From Lama glama (lineage: Eukaryota): DNA of 64,000 bases. The stretch lies in assembly GCA_028534125.1 (NCBI GenBank), contig CM052816.1:100504001-100568000 (forward strand), in the 5' to 3' direction. Within the stretch, counting starts at the first letter, position 1. The number at the start of each line of letters is the position of its first letter. The notes beneath the pieces are model-generated. The model saw nothing but the letters and a program-made list of their open reading frames with translations, was not told the DNA's origin and ran no database searches. Both the position numbers and the translations under genes were made by a program. This document shows positions 12,188-24,420 of the stretch, one piece after another.

Positions 12188-13659
12188 GAAAATGTGTGTA
12201 CGTTTTAAAATGAATTATTCATGCACCAGTTATGGCTGTAAGTATGCAAGGGAGGCTGTTTGGTAATATTTATACATTGCCGTTAATAGGTTTGAAACAC
12301 AATACAGATTTACACAGAGCAAGAAAATTGGTTTGGTATTAGGTTCATAAATTTCTGTGTTTGATGTGTAGGAAAGAAGTCTTTAAAGAGCTGAACAGTC
12401 ACTTTTTTTAGAAACGGCAATGTAAGCCCAGATGTCCACCATTCCTCTCTCAAAACCAACAGTGATAATCAAAGGAGGCTAAAAATAGATGTGATGCAGG
12501 AATCCAGGAAAGGGTATCATCAGAATGCCAGAAAGCTTAATGAATTTCTCATATATAAAGTGCAGATGGGGCTAGATTAAAGGAAGTCATCAGGACTAAC
12601 ATGTCTTCCTTCTCAGAGCACACTCCTGCCTCTTGGCAGAGCTCTCCGAACGCCCTGAAATGAGTGCTAGAACTAGAAGGAAAGCGGACCCCCGCGCTGG
12701 ACCCCACCGCTTCTCCTGGGGACAGACCAGCAGCATTCAGAGCTTGCCTCGCTGTGCCGGGAGGTCCGAGGGAAGGAGAGGTGACCAAGCAGAAATCTCC
12801 CTGCCACTGGGCTGCTCCGGGCTGAGCGTTGCCCCTGAGAAGCTGAGGTCCTGTCAGCCTGGAGGGGCTCTTTCCTGACCCGGTGGGGTCGGTCTCAAAC
12901 ACACGGGAGCAAAGCCACACCTCAGTGGGATCCGTTCCACCGGAAATTTGGCATAGAGGATTCGCCATGCAGGAGACTACACCCTGGAACAGCGGCTTCA
13001 GAGCGCACAGAAGGAAGGACCTAGGACGGCAAACGCAGCTAATTCTACTTAGTTCTCCACACTCCTCCCCTTCCCCACGTCACAGCAGCACTGAGCAGGG
13101 CGTCTGGGATGACTGCCCCCAGCTCTCCAGACGAGGATGAAGGCCATTCTAGCAGCATCCCGGGGACCAGTGCAGGGGACCAGCTGCGATCATGCTTACC
13201 AAGATCCGCTTCCATGCATGCAGGAAGTCGGGAAACCAGTGCAGGACCTACAGAAGCACCCTCCTGTGTGAGACAAGCAAAGAGCATACGGACATGATCC
13301 GCTAAAGGAGTCCCGGTCACGTGCATTCAGAATTCTTTCGTGCTCCCACTGAATGCGGAGAAGACACAGACTATGACCTAAGAGACTGGTGATGAGAGGT
13401 GAGGGTGAAAGGAATCTGATCGGTCACCCGAGGACGGTTTAAAAGGCACGGGGGCAGGACGGGCCAGTGCCAGTAACGGACGCTGGGCCGGCTTCCCCGA
13501 GAAACTCAGCAAACCAAAGGCAGGCGACAGGGACAAGGAGATGACTGTCCCCCACGAGGAAAGAAGAAGAAACGGGGGTACAGCAGCAAGAACCATCGGG
13601 CTCCTGGAAAAGAAACTGCCTCCGGATGGTTCAAGCTCTTCCCTCTCCTTTTTCTCTCT

Positions 13660-14830
13660 CTCGACATTTTCGGTTCCCTTTATTTTTCCTTGAAGAGCTG
13701 ATTTCCGCCTTGTGTCACTTTCCTTCCGTTTGAAGCACGTTATTTAGCATTTCTTGTAATGAAGGATGGCTGACAACGTGAGTTATTCATTTTCTTTTAT
13801 CTGGGGAATGGCTTTATACCGCCTTCTTCTTGGACATTCTTCACTGGAGGCAGAAGTCTGGGTTAACCTGTACAGTTAAACGTCCGGGTTTTTACAGGTG
13901 TCACTCCACCATTGTCAGGCCTCCACTTTTTCGAATCTGAAGTCGTTGGAATTTAACCCACTGGTCCTTCGCCTGCAACGTGCCCCTTTCTCAGGCTGCT
14001 GGTTCCCATCAGTCTGTCTGTAGCACAGCCACGTACGCTCTTCTTTGTATTTATGTTGCTGGGGTCCACTGAGTTTCATGAATCTGTAAATTTATTTGTT
14101 TCATCAAATTTGGAAAAAATTCTGGTCATTGTATCTTTGTTTCTTCCTGAGCCTCTGTTCCTCCACCTTTTGGACTCTGACCGCATGCATATCAGCCCTT
14201 TTTATAAGGCACACTCTTAGCATCTTTTCAATCTTTTTTCTTTCTGTTCTTCAGATTTGTTAATTTTTATTGTTTTTAAAAACGAATTTAGTGGGTTTTC
14301 TGTCATCCTCTTCCTACTGTTAAGCTCATTTAGTGATTTTTTTAAAACAAAATTCGGGTACTGTCATTTTCAGCTTTCCAATTTTTATTTTTCAGTTTTG
14401 TTTTAGTTTATATATCTCTGCTGATATCCACTATTTTTGTATTAACTATAAACATACTTTCCTTTACATCCTTGAGCAGGGTAACAGCTGCTTTGAAATC
14501 CAAGTCCAAGGGTGACCTCTGGGTGAGGGGAACTGCTCCTCCCTGGCTGCCTTTCCCCTAAAGAATAAGTCATATCTTCCTGTTCCTTAATTCTGGATAT
14601 TTTGAAGAATGTACTGTAGACATTCTAGAGTGTGTTATGTGCCCTGGAAGATGTTTGCTTTACTTTTTGAAGCACGCAGTTAACTTGGAAGAACTCAAAA
14701 TGCAGATTGCACCTCCACTGAAAAGGACAGCAACGCAAGAGTCACGTGACTTGGTTGGGATGCTTGGCTCTGTGTGCATGCAGTTACTCGAGCAGTCAAA
14801 CCCTTAGATAGAGCACATGCAGAGCTTTGG
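13660..14830 (-). mobile_element. Old L1M ORF1/5' region fragment
   Basis: tttagcatttcttgtaatgaagg...ttcactggaggcagaagtctgggtt...catcaaatttggaaaa...ctgttcttcagattt resembles antisense L1M ORF1. Confidence 0.7.
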
Positions 14831-14889
14831 GCTGTCTGTTTTTTTTTTAACCGCACAGCATGAAGCAGTAGTAGAGACAGTGGGCTTAT

Positions 14890-15165
14890 GTTTTACACGT
14901 GACTCTCCTAGAAAAAGTTTTGTGCTGTTCAGGAATTACCCATCAGTTTCTATTTGGGGTCATTTTAATGTGAATTGGGGTTAATCTCCGTATTTCCTTT
15001 TCTGTATCTCCGAAGATCATCGCATGAGTTCTCTCCTTATCCCTGTGTGAAGACTTTCCTCAAGTTGAACCTCACTTGTACTTTTGGAATTTCCCAGATT
15101 GGCCGTGATATGTCGCTCAGCATGTGTTTACACTTTGCTAAATATGTTTTTTATGAGTTTTTTTT
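14890..15165 (-). mobile_element. Very old L1 ORF2 fragment (continues at ~17200)
   Basis: ttttctgtatct...gatcat...gttgaacctcacttgt...tttgctaaatatgttt, a degenerate ORF2 RT-region antisense. Confidence 0.5.
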
Positions 15166-17200
15166 CGCTTAATGTTTTAGAGAAGCTTTAGGTTTACAGT
15201 GAAGTTGAGACAACGATGCCGCGACTCCCCGTACATCTCCTGCCCCCGTATCGGCTCCGCCACGTGGTGGCGCGTTTGTTATGACTGGCGAACCATAAAC
15301 ACCCGAAGTGCACAGATGACATCAGAGCCACTCTCGGTGCTGCACATGCTGTGGGTGTGGATAAAGGCATGATGACACGTGTCTACCACTGCAGTGTCGT
15401 GCGGCACAGCTTCACTGCCCTAAAGTAGTCTGTGTTCTGCTTATTTACTTCTCTCTGCTTGCCTGGCATCCACTGTCTTTTTACCACGTCTCCATAGATT
15501 TTCAGAATCTTCCGTGTCCTCCAGAATAGCATGCAGTTAGAATCACACTGTGTGTAGCCTTGTTAGGTTAGCGTCTTTCACTTTGAAGTATGCATCTAAG
15601 GTTCCTCAGCGTCTTTCATGGCTCCACAGTTTTTTTTAATATTTGTGTTGAAGTATAGTCAGTTTACGGTGTTGTGTCAACTTCCGGTGCACAGCGTCAC
15701 AGCTCTGCAGTTCACTTCTCTTTAGCGCTGAAGACTCTTTCTTTATCTGAATTCACTGACTGAAGGACATCCTGATTATTTCCAAGTTTTGTCAACTATG
15801 AACAAACTCCTACAAACATCTGTGTGCAAAATGTCACGCGTGTACAAGTTTTCAGCTCCTTTGGGTAAATGCCGGGCAGTGAGATTGCTGGGTCACGTGG
15901 TCAGAGTATGTTTAGCTTTGTAAGAAATGGCCACACTCCAAAGTGACTGCACCGTTTTGTATCCTCTGCCCCTGGGAAGTGAATGACAGCTGCTCCACAC
16001 CCTCCCCAGCGCTTGGCGTGGCCAGCGTCCCGGGTCTTGGCCATTCTGACAGGTGTGTAGGTGTGTCTCCTTGTTACTTTAATTCGCATCTTCTAATGAT
16101 GCACAAAGCGGCACATCTTTTCGTATGCTCATTTTCCATTTGTGTATCTTCTTTGGTGAGGTGTCTGTTAAGGACTTTTGTCCATTTTTCAATCCAGTTT
16201 TTTGTTTTCTGACTGTTGAGTTTAATGGGTGGTTTGTATATGTCGTCTAACAGTCCTTTACCAGGAGTGTCTTTGGCAAACATTGTCTCCCAGTGTCTGG
16301 CTTGTCTCCTCCTCCTCTTGACACTGTCTTTGCAGAGAAGAAGGTTTGTTTCAATGAAGGCCAGCTTATCAGCCCCTTTTCTCACGGATCATGAAAATCA
16401 CTGGCACACTCAGGGGCGTCTAGGTTTTCTCCTGTGTCTTCTCTGTGCCGCGCTCCCCCTAATGTGTAGTTTTGAATATCCCATTTAGGTCTGTGGTCCA
16501 TTTTGAGTTAACTTTTTGTGACGAGTGTAAGATCTGTGTCTAGATTCTGCTTTTGTAACCTGGAGCCCGGCTGTTCCAGCACCGTTTGTTAAGAGCACTG
16601 TTTTGGCTTCATTACATGGCTTCTGCTTCCTTGTCAAAGACCAGTGGACTCTATAGGACTTCATTTCTGGGTTACCAGTTCTGTTCCACCGATAAATTTG
16701 TCTGTTTTTCCGCCAACACCATGTTTCTGACTACTGTAGCCTTACAGTAAGTCTTGAGGTCATGTAATGTCAGTCTTCCAACGCTGTTCCTCCTTACTAG
16801 TTCATTGGCCACTCTGGAACTTTCACCTCTCTGTATGCACTTTGCAGTCACTTTGTTAGCATCCATAAGATCATCTGCTTGGATATTGATTGAGATTGCA
16901 CTGGCTCTATAGCTCAGTTTGAGAACAGACACCTGACAGTATTGAGTCTCTCTGTTCACAAACACAGAATATCCCTTCATCATTAAGGTTTTTATTTAAT
17001 TTACCAAAATTTTGTACTTGTTCTCCTATAGACATGGCACATACTTTGTTAGGGTCACACCTGCCCCTGGCCAGGTCAGGTCTGTGCCTGTGTCGTTCTG
17101 ACGGGGGTGGACTCATAGGCCTTGTGCTTTTAGCTTCAGATTCCACTGTTTGTTGCTGAAATGGAGGAAAGCAGTTGACTCTCTTTTACATATTTTCAGC
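15165..17200 (-). mobile_element. L1MC-like element (3' UTR plus ORF2 C-terminal part)
   Basis: ttttagagaagctttaggtttacag...ttcactgccctaaa typical of the L1MC 3' UTR; ORFs 16074-16385 (KWTKVLNRHLTKEDTQM) and 16672-16983 (LTLHDLKTYCKATVV) are ORF2-like. Confidence 0.85.
15630..15705 (-). mobile_element. Very short young L1 3' end inserted in the L1MC
   Basis: T-run + ttgaagtatagtcagtttac...tgtgtcaacttccggtgcacagc, the antisense of the 3' end type seen at 6143-6290. Confidence 0.7.
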
Positions 17201-20130
17201 ATTGATATTCATAAATTAGATTGTTCAGTAATTTTCTTCTTTTGTTGTTTGGTTAATTAAATCTCTGTCAGGCTTTATTCTTCATAAAATAAAACTGCAA
17301 GCGTCTCTTCCTTTCCTACGCTCTGAAATCATTGGCTGTTTAATCCTCAAAAGTTTGGTAAGTGCCTTCTGAGAAACCAGGTGCACGTGGCCCTCTGTGT
17401 GTTGAAGGTGCCCTTGGCAGCTTTGCTTTTCCAGTTATTGTCCTGCTAGACTTTGCGTCTCTGTTGGAATCAATATCAGGAAGTGGTACTTTTACACCAA
17501 TTATTGCATGTTTACAATATTTTGTAAATTTTTGCAAAGTGCTTCCTTGTCCATTTTTTTAAACTATTATTTTGGATGCCACTTCTTCCATTTAACTTTC
17601 GATTTTGTTAAATTGCGTTAGGGCTCTCCCCAAACCCTCACTTTTTCTTCAGTAAGTTAGGTAATTTGTTGATTTAAAAAAAAATCGGTTTTTAGGTGTA
17701 AGTGTTCTGCTTATGTGAACTCACGGCCCCGTCTGTCTCTGCCTTCCTGCTGGTTCTGTGCCGCCTCCTTCCTTTAAATTACTTTGATTTTCCTTCTCTT
17801 GCTTCTTCAGTTGGGCCCTTCGCTGAGCCCTTCTTACTTTTTAATGTTTACTGACGTCATTGTTTAACGTTTTCCTCTTTTATCTCACGGCTAGTTTAGC
17901 TGTACCCCGTAGACCGTAGTATGCTGTGTTTTCAAAGATTTTATATTTTAAAATTTTCTTTTGTTTTATAATTTGTTCAGTGGTAGTTTTTGTAAAAATG
18001 GAAAACTAGAAGTGTCTGTTTTTTTTATTTTTGAGGGGGAGGTAATTAGGCTTATTTATTTATTTTTTAGAGGAGGATTGAGCCCAAGACCCCGCGCATG
18101 CCGAGCGTGCTCTCCACCGCTCGAGCCACACCCTCCCCCGTCTTTCTTTTATTTCAAAGGATTTCACGCTATTTTTATTGTGTCACAATCAGAGAATTCC
18201 GACTGCATCTCCTCCTGCACGTGGAACGTACTGGGCTTTTCTTTGTGGACTCAGACGGTTTATAAATGACGCACGCCGTCGCGTAGAGAAGGCTCCTTCT
18301 CCCTTACCGGAGACTGGAGCTCAATATGTATTTATTACGCTTTCCTGTTGAGCCTATTACTTAAACTTTTTATACTATTATACATATTTTATCCACGTTG
18401 TGTCTTCTAGATGAATAAAAACACAGCAGTTCTTACTGTTTTAGTGTGTTTTGTTTTCTCTTTGCATCTTCCCTAGGGTTTGCTTTGTAAGAGTCTCACT
18501 GAGCTCACAAATATTAATTGCTGTGATAGCTTCCTGGCGGCTTGTCTATACCAGCTTGAAGTGACGGCTTTTTTCCTTAATGCCTTTGGGTCGGGGGAAG
18601 ATTGTATCTGCTGCTTTCTTTGTGTGTGTGTGGTGTCTGACGCATCTTTGTCCATCACGCTCTTTCCAGTCTTTCTGGGCCTTTGATTTGGGCGTATCTT
18701 TACTATCAAACATAGTTTTGGATTTAGCTTAGTTTATTTGACAAAATTTCTTTTTTCTTTTAATAGGTTAATTAAGCTGATGACACAGATATAATCAATA
18801 CATTTGGGCTCAGTTCTGTTATATTGTTATGTAAGATGCTCTGTTGTATTGTCACAGACACACATATTCATTAAATGGCTCACACGTTTGCTTTATCTTT
18901 CTCTCTCTTTGTAGTGCATTTTCTGAATTTATACTTGGTTTATATTGTGTTCTGCTTACCTTTGTACCAATTTTATGCCAATTCTTTGATATAGTAACTG
19001 TCATTCCTCCTTTTGTTTTTGTTTATCCTGTGGGAAATAATAATTGAGTTAATTATAAACTCTGCCTCCCCCTTCTCTGCTTTCAGTCTTTCTAGCAACT
19101 GACAGGAAGCAACAGCCTTTTTTCCCCGTTAATATACTTAAGACAACAGCGAGCTTGTTCTGTTTTCCATATGATCTCTTCAACTCACCTCAGTTCTATG
19201 GTACTAATTTATCTACATTTCAGAGCATAAAGCCATGACGTGTCACAGCCCAGGCCACCGCCATCGTTTTTCTTTGCTCTGCAGTTAGATGCGCCTTGAA
19301 TGCTTACCAGTCACCCCGAGGGAGGACATCGTCCGCAACGCCGGCCTCCGGGGACTGAATTTTGAGGGAGTGCCTGGTGCTGAAGAGCACGTCGCAGCCT
19401 GGACTCCCACATGTTGGGAACCGTTTAAAATGCGCTTGTATTTGAGCATCAGCTGCTCTCAGTGCTGGTCCTGGCCTCACGTTTTTTCTCTGAGTATGTA
19501 AAACATTCTCTAGTATCTCTGGTATAAAGCCCTGCTGTCAAAACTTCTCACAACACTCTGGTTTTCTGTTCTTTATAAGTAACTGAATTGTCTACTTGCA
19601 CTTCTGAAGAATTTTTATTCGATCACTTGTTTCTTTACAGTCCAGCAGTTTTTACATTAAAATGTTTCACTGTCGATCATCATGGCTCGAGTTTTGCTTT
19701 TCCCACCGAGCGCCCCCTTTAAATATGTAGCTGAGAGATTTCTCCTCTTTCATGTCAAGAAGTTTTCAAGGATTACAGGGTTTAGCGTTTGTTCTGCCAC
19801 TGTGCTTTCTTTCCCTTCTTCCTGGGCTCCTTCTGTAATTCCCTTGGCTGTCCCTTGGCCCTCCCCAGCCGCCGCCACCCGCAGGTCCCCTGGCCCGCGC
19901 CTCAGGCTGTGCGTGTCAGTCTCCTCCCCGCTGCCCGCCTTCCCCTCGGCGCCGCCCTCCGCTAGTCAGTGCTCGTGCTGCTTCCAGTCTCGCTTTCTTT
20001 TCAAAAATGGTTTCCTTCTGTGTTCTTAGTCTTTCTTGAGTTCTCGCACCTACTTTCCAAGATTTTGTTATTCTGGCTTATTCTGTTCTTTCCCATATTC
20101 TACCATTTCTTTCATTTTCTTAGCTTGTTC
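17200..20130 (-). mobile_element. Very old degraded L1 (ORF2 to ORF1)
   Basis: T-rich strand with patchy L1 motifs (ttcataaaataaaactg, ccttctgagaaacc, ttagctgtacccc, ctctggtataaag...ctgtcaaaac). Confidence 0.55.
18019..18139 (-). mobile_element. tRNA-derived SINE, camelid Vic-1-like
   Basis: On the minus strand: ggggagggtg + A-box tggctcgagcgg + B-box gggctcaatcc + aaataaataa...cctaattacctccccc + poly-A. Confidence 0.85.
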
Positions 20131-20159
20131 TAAAATACGTGTCTCTGCACGTCTAAAAC

Positions 20160-21080
20160 TACCGTAGCAAAAGCAAAAGGAAGTGCCGCCAGCGGGAAAA
20201 GGTGTTTGAGACACACGTAGCTTATTTGTGGCCAATAGCCTACTATGTGGGACACTTTCACAAATAAACGAGAACAGCTGTAGAAAACCAATGCAAACCC
20301 TGCAAAGGATGCACGTGAGTCGTGAACATAAAAATACTTGGTCAACATTTGCTTTCAAACTGGCACGTGAACAAGAAATTAAAGTGTTGGAAAGACTGAC
20401 AATTGAATAGCAACTCTCAAAACAGGGACAGTGTCTAAGAAAGGTATGTCCATTTCTATTATCTTCAGAGAGCTGACGGAAGCAGAAATTGGTAGTATTT
20501 TCTAGAAAATATCTTTTTAAAGAACCCATGTTAGGATTGAGCAGTTCTATGTCTAGGAATTTGATCTAAAATTAGAGATGAAAACAAAGTTATCTGAGTA
20601 AAGTTAAAGCATCTTAACTTTCGTGTTTATCATAAATGATTACGCTCAGCCGTAGAGTGTTTCTTATAATACATTTGGAGACACTGCATGTATGTGCATT
20701 TTATAGACGTAATACAGCTGTTACATGTCGTATGTTACAGACACAGATACCGGTGTCTTACGTATCACAGAGAGTGTAAGTATCATACACATTATACAGC
20801 CAGACAGCATAGGTCTGTTTCATAGATATTCAAGACAGTGTTTCAGAAGCATATTTAATATTACGAAGAAATCCTACAAGTTAAAAAGAGGTAGTTTAAA
20901 AACAGTACATGCAGTGTGTTCCCTATTGCTAACAAAAGTACTTATAGAAATAAGGCTGAAATTATATACACCAAACAGCTCAAAGTTGTTTAGTCTGGAG
21001 TGTGGGACTGCAGGAGACATCTCCTTCCTCCTGTGCTTTTTATGACTTTCTAAATTATGTGATTATGTAATTATAATGTA
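20160..21080 (+). mobile_element. Old L1 (L1ME/MC4-like) ORF2 end and 3' UTR
   Basis: gggaaaaggtgtttg...cacaaataaacgag...tctaggaattt...aattatatacaccaaa, degenerate. Confidence 0.55.
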
Positions 21081-21174
21081 ATAGATCTATTGTACATGTG
21101 TCTATTATATTATCTATTATGTTATTTTGTAACAGGTACATGTTATATACTAGCTATATGATACTGTATTTGAT

Positions 21175-21227
21175 ATGTGTGTGTATGTGTGTGTATATAT
21201 GCATCTATATATATAGAGATAGATAGA

Positions 21228-21275
<48 letters not shown>
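21175..21275. repeat. Compound (TG)n/(TA)n/(GATA) microsatellite
   Basis: Long pure TA run at about 21230-21274, preceded by TG and GATA units. Confidence 0.97.
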
Positions 21276-21277
<2 letters not shown>

Positions 21278-22401
21278 TGTTTCCTGAGTAATGTACCCAT
21301 CTGCCTATCATGTCTCTTAAGGAAAAATATGGAAAAGCTCATTGGTGCCATCCTTTTTTCACTCCAGATTTCTCTTTTGCCAACTGTTTCTGTTGAAAGA
21401 ACATGAACACTTTATAACTTAATTTTTAGAAGAAAAGCTTCTGAGTGAACCAGAATCCATATTTACATTTGTTCGTTTTGTGACTGAGCGTGATCTCGTT
21501 AGCACAGAAACACAGGACAGTCGCACTACATTTTCAGATAATTGGCCACTTTGTTAACAACGTTAACTTCTCCTTAATTGGGAACCACCACTCATGGTAA
21601 TTAAGCTGATGCTCTGCTCACCCCGCCCTCTCACCCCCGCGCTCAGGCTCGTCTCGCTGCAGGGAGGGGCTGAGCGGTAAAGCGTTTTCGGAGGGGGAAG
21701 TGCAGAGACACCTGGGCTTCCCGTGGAGGAGATACACGCTAAAATTATCAAGTTGTGCCAATTTGCAATGAGGTTTAAGTTTTAGGGCCACGTACTGAAA
21801 GCCGCGTTCAGGCCCTTCCTCCTGCTCACACCACGGGCCTGAATCGTTCTGATCAGAGCCTTGACCATGTGTGTGGGGGGTGCGTGTCGGCCTCAGCAAG
21901 GTCTTCTGTGCTCCACCACTTTCTGTGCCCCCGTTGGGTGGGGCTGAGGGGCCCAGGCTCAGCCTCTGGGAGGGCCAGCCTCTCCCCTGCCCACCCTCCC
22001 CACCACAGCACCCCCAAGAGCGTGTCCCTCCTCCATCTCAGGCTCTGCCTCTCTCCTAAGCTTTTTTCTTTAAATAAAGACATCTCTGTGTTACAAACTA
22101 CCCCGGCCTCCTCCGTCAGAATATGCTCAACCTCACTGGACAGCCCTGGTTGTCACTTTGTGTTTGGAGGTGCTGCAGCGGAAGGCTGCCGCCACTTGCA
22201 GGGTGTCGGCCTCCTGGGGCTGCAGGCACACCTTCCCGCCTCCTCCGGGTTCCTGCTTCCCACGTGCTGAGGGATGTCTGACCCTGGAGCTCAGAGGGAG
22301 GAGTCTGAGCCTCCTCCCGGCCTTTCTCGCTTTGGAATTTCCTGGTCCCCAGAAACAAAAGGCACCAGCCCCACCCTGTGATGTGTCTAGCTCCGTGAGT
22401 G

Positions 22402-23015
22402 TGTAGCCGAGCAGGAACCCACAGGGCCTTCCCAGGACAGACACTCCCCCTCAGGTCCTCCTCTTGCCGCTTGTCTGCAGAAAAGCTTCAGCCTCCCAGG
22501 CTTCCCCAAGATCCAAAGAGCAAATTTAATCAGAGAAGTGAGAAAACGCACACACACAGGAAAACAGTCAAGCAAGACAAAATAGTCATAGTTCAGCCGC
22601 TAAGCAAAGTCAAGGACCTTTAGTTGCTCCTCGAGGGCTGTGGGTAATGCTCTGAGCCTCGTCCTTTGAGCTGCTCTGCAGACACCGAGGCCCCGCCAGG
22701 GGGAAGAGGCTGACTGCGTGCTGCCCCCCACACGTGGACCCAGATCAGCTGGAACCAGAAGGTGGATGATGCCGACGCCCTGTGACCTCTCAGAACCACT
22801 CAGGACAGCGTCCACGAGCTGACCACGCCCCCCCCACTGTGTCTTTAAAACCCTCCCCTGAGAGCCTTGAGGAGTTTGGCTCTTTTGAGCACCAGCTGCC
22901 CAGACTCCTTGCTGGGCGCCTGCAATAAACGCTGCCCTTTCCTTCACCACCAGCTGGGGGCAGTAGACTGCATTATTGTGCACTGGCCAGTGGACCCAAG
23001 TTTGTTTCAGTAACA
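22402..23015 (+). mobile_element. ERV1 solo LTR, MER41-like (artiodactyl type)
   Basis: TGTA...TAACA termini, near-TSD agtg/aatg, TATA-like tttaaaa ~22844, AATAAA 22924-22929; body aatttaatcagagaagtgagaaaa...gtcaaggacctttag...ggaaccagaagg recalled from artiodactyl MER41-type LTRs. Confidence 0.85.
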
Positions 23016-23266
23016 AATGCAGAAAGAAACTCTGTCCCAGGAAAGGAAGACACTGGCCGCCTTCTGACACCCTCTCTTACTTAAGACTCCAGGCAACAGC
23101 GTTCACGTCTCGGCTCCCCCGGGCGCGCCGGGCTCCTCAGAGCCTGCACAGGGAGCGGCTCTTACGGACGAAATGTGCTCTCTTTCCTTCAGCAGACACC
23201 ACACACCCGTGTGCACACACAGGCACCACACACATCGCACCCCAGGAGAGCACGGCACCCAAACAT

Positions 23267-23300
23267 CGCACACGCACACGCACACGCACACGCACGCACG
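23267..23300. repeat. (CACACG)n / (CACG)n simple repeat
   Basis: cgcacacgcacacgcacacgcacacgcacgcacg. Confidence 0.9.
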
Positions 23301-23389
23301 GACTTTCTCCGGGGCAAGTCCATCTTGAGCAATAGGACTTGTCATCCTGAGCCGATGCCATGTTCTCTCTCCCCATGAATTAGACTCAT

Positions 23390-24420
23390 TTCAGTTGGCG
23401 ACCGAGTCGAAGGCGCACACCTGTCCGCACACCAATCATTTCCGAACCTCATCGTCACTCGGAGTCTCTTACGAGACATCGCCTGCTGCTGGCAGGGGTG
23501 GGCATTCGCTTTAACTGTGCCGCTGGGTGAGTCAGAAACGACATCGTCAGGGAGCAATGGATGAGTGGCTGGATGTGGGTCCAGCCCCCTCCCGGGGAGA
23601 GCAGGAGCGCCCGAGGCCGGGCCCTGCTAATCTACGGAGGGTTATGTGTCCGCGCAATTCCAGGAGCGCTTGAGGGCCGAGGCTCCGCCCCCTCACAGGC
23701 GCTCCTCTGGGGGCGGAGTCCGCAGCGCCCCACCGAGCAGCGACAGTCCGGACCCTGACGGTCTTCCGAGCGCAGCCCGTCTCACCCTCCCCGCCCCCCA
23801 GAGACCGTGGAAGGTCTTTTCTGCCTTATTTGTACACGGTATTTATATGGCTTCTGTTTAAGTTTTAGAAAAGGAATTGTTTTTCAGACGGCTTTCTCAG
23901 GTTCTAGGGTTTATGTTAAAGCATGAACCGTATCACCCAGGGGTGGAATCAGCTTGCCCCCCACTACGAAGGCCGAGCTCCGCAGCGCCCAGCTGACAGG
24001 CGAGGTCCGTGTTCTCACCGCCTAAAAGCCTCACCCCTTAATGCTGAGAAGACGGTTCCTGGGGCTTCTGCGGGGCGCCCGCGTGCCAGGGAGCACTTCA
24101 GGCACGTCTGGGTCTGAGACAGCAGCCTTCCCGTGCTGTGGGGTGGAGGTGGGGGCTCTGAGAGGAGGCCAGGAGGCCCGCGTTCTTCTGCCGCTGGCTG
24201 CCTGGAGGGCCCGCCTTGGCTCTGCCAGTTCAATACACGTTTTCAGAGCTAAGAGATGGCTGGAGCTGAGGGCCGGGCTCTGCAGGCGGCAGGGACTCAG
24301 CCCAGGTACCGCTGACGTGCGGAGGTAACCGGGCAGGTGGGTGGGCCCGGCCCTGTCCTGCCCTGCCCAACGAGGAGGGCCGCGCAGGTGTGGCGCCCCA
24401 GGCCGTCTCCCTGACACCTC
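23390..24420. promoter_or_regulatory. CpG-rich island with GC boxes
   Basis: High CpG density; Sp/KLF-type ctccgcccc (~23683) and ggggcggag (~23710). Confidence 0.5.

Noticed and set aside
18019..18139. Possible tRNA gene (A and B boxes)
   Set aside because: Has a SINE tail and poly-A, related copies in the window, and no convincing cloverleaf
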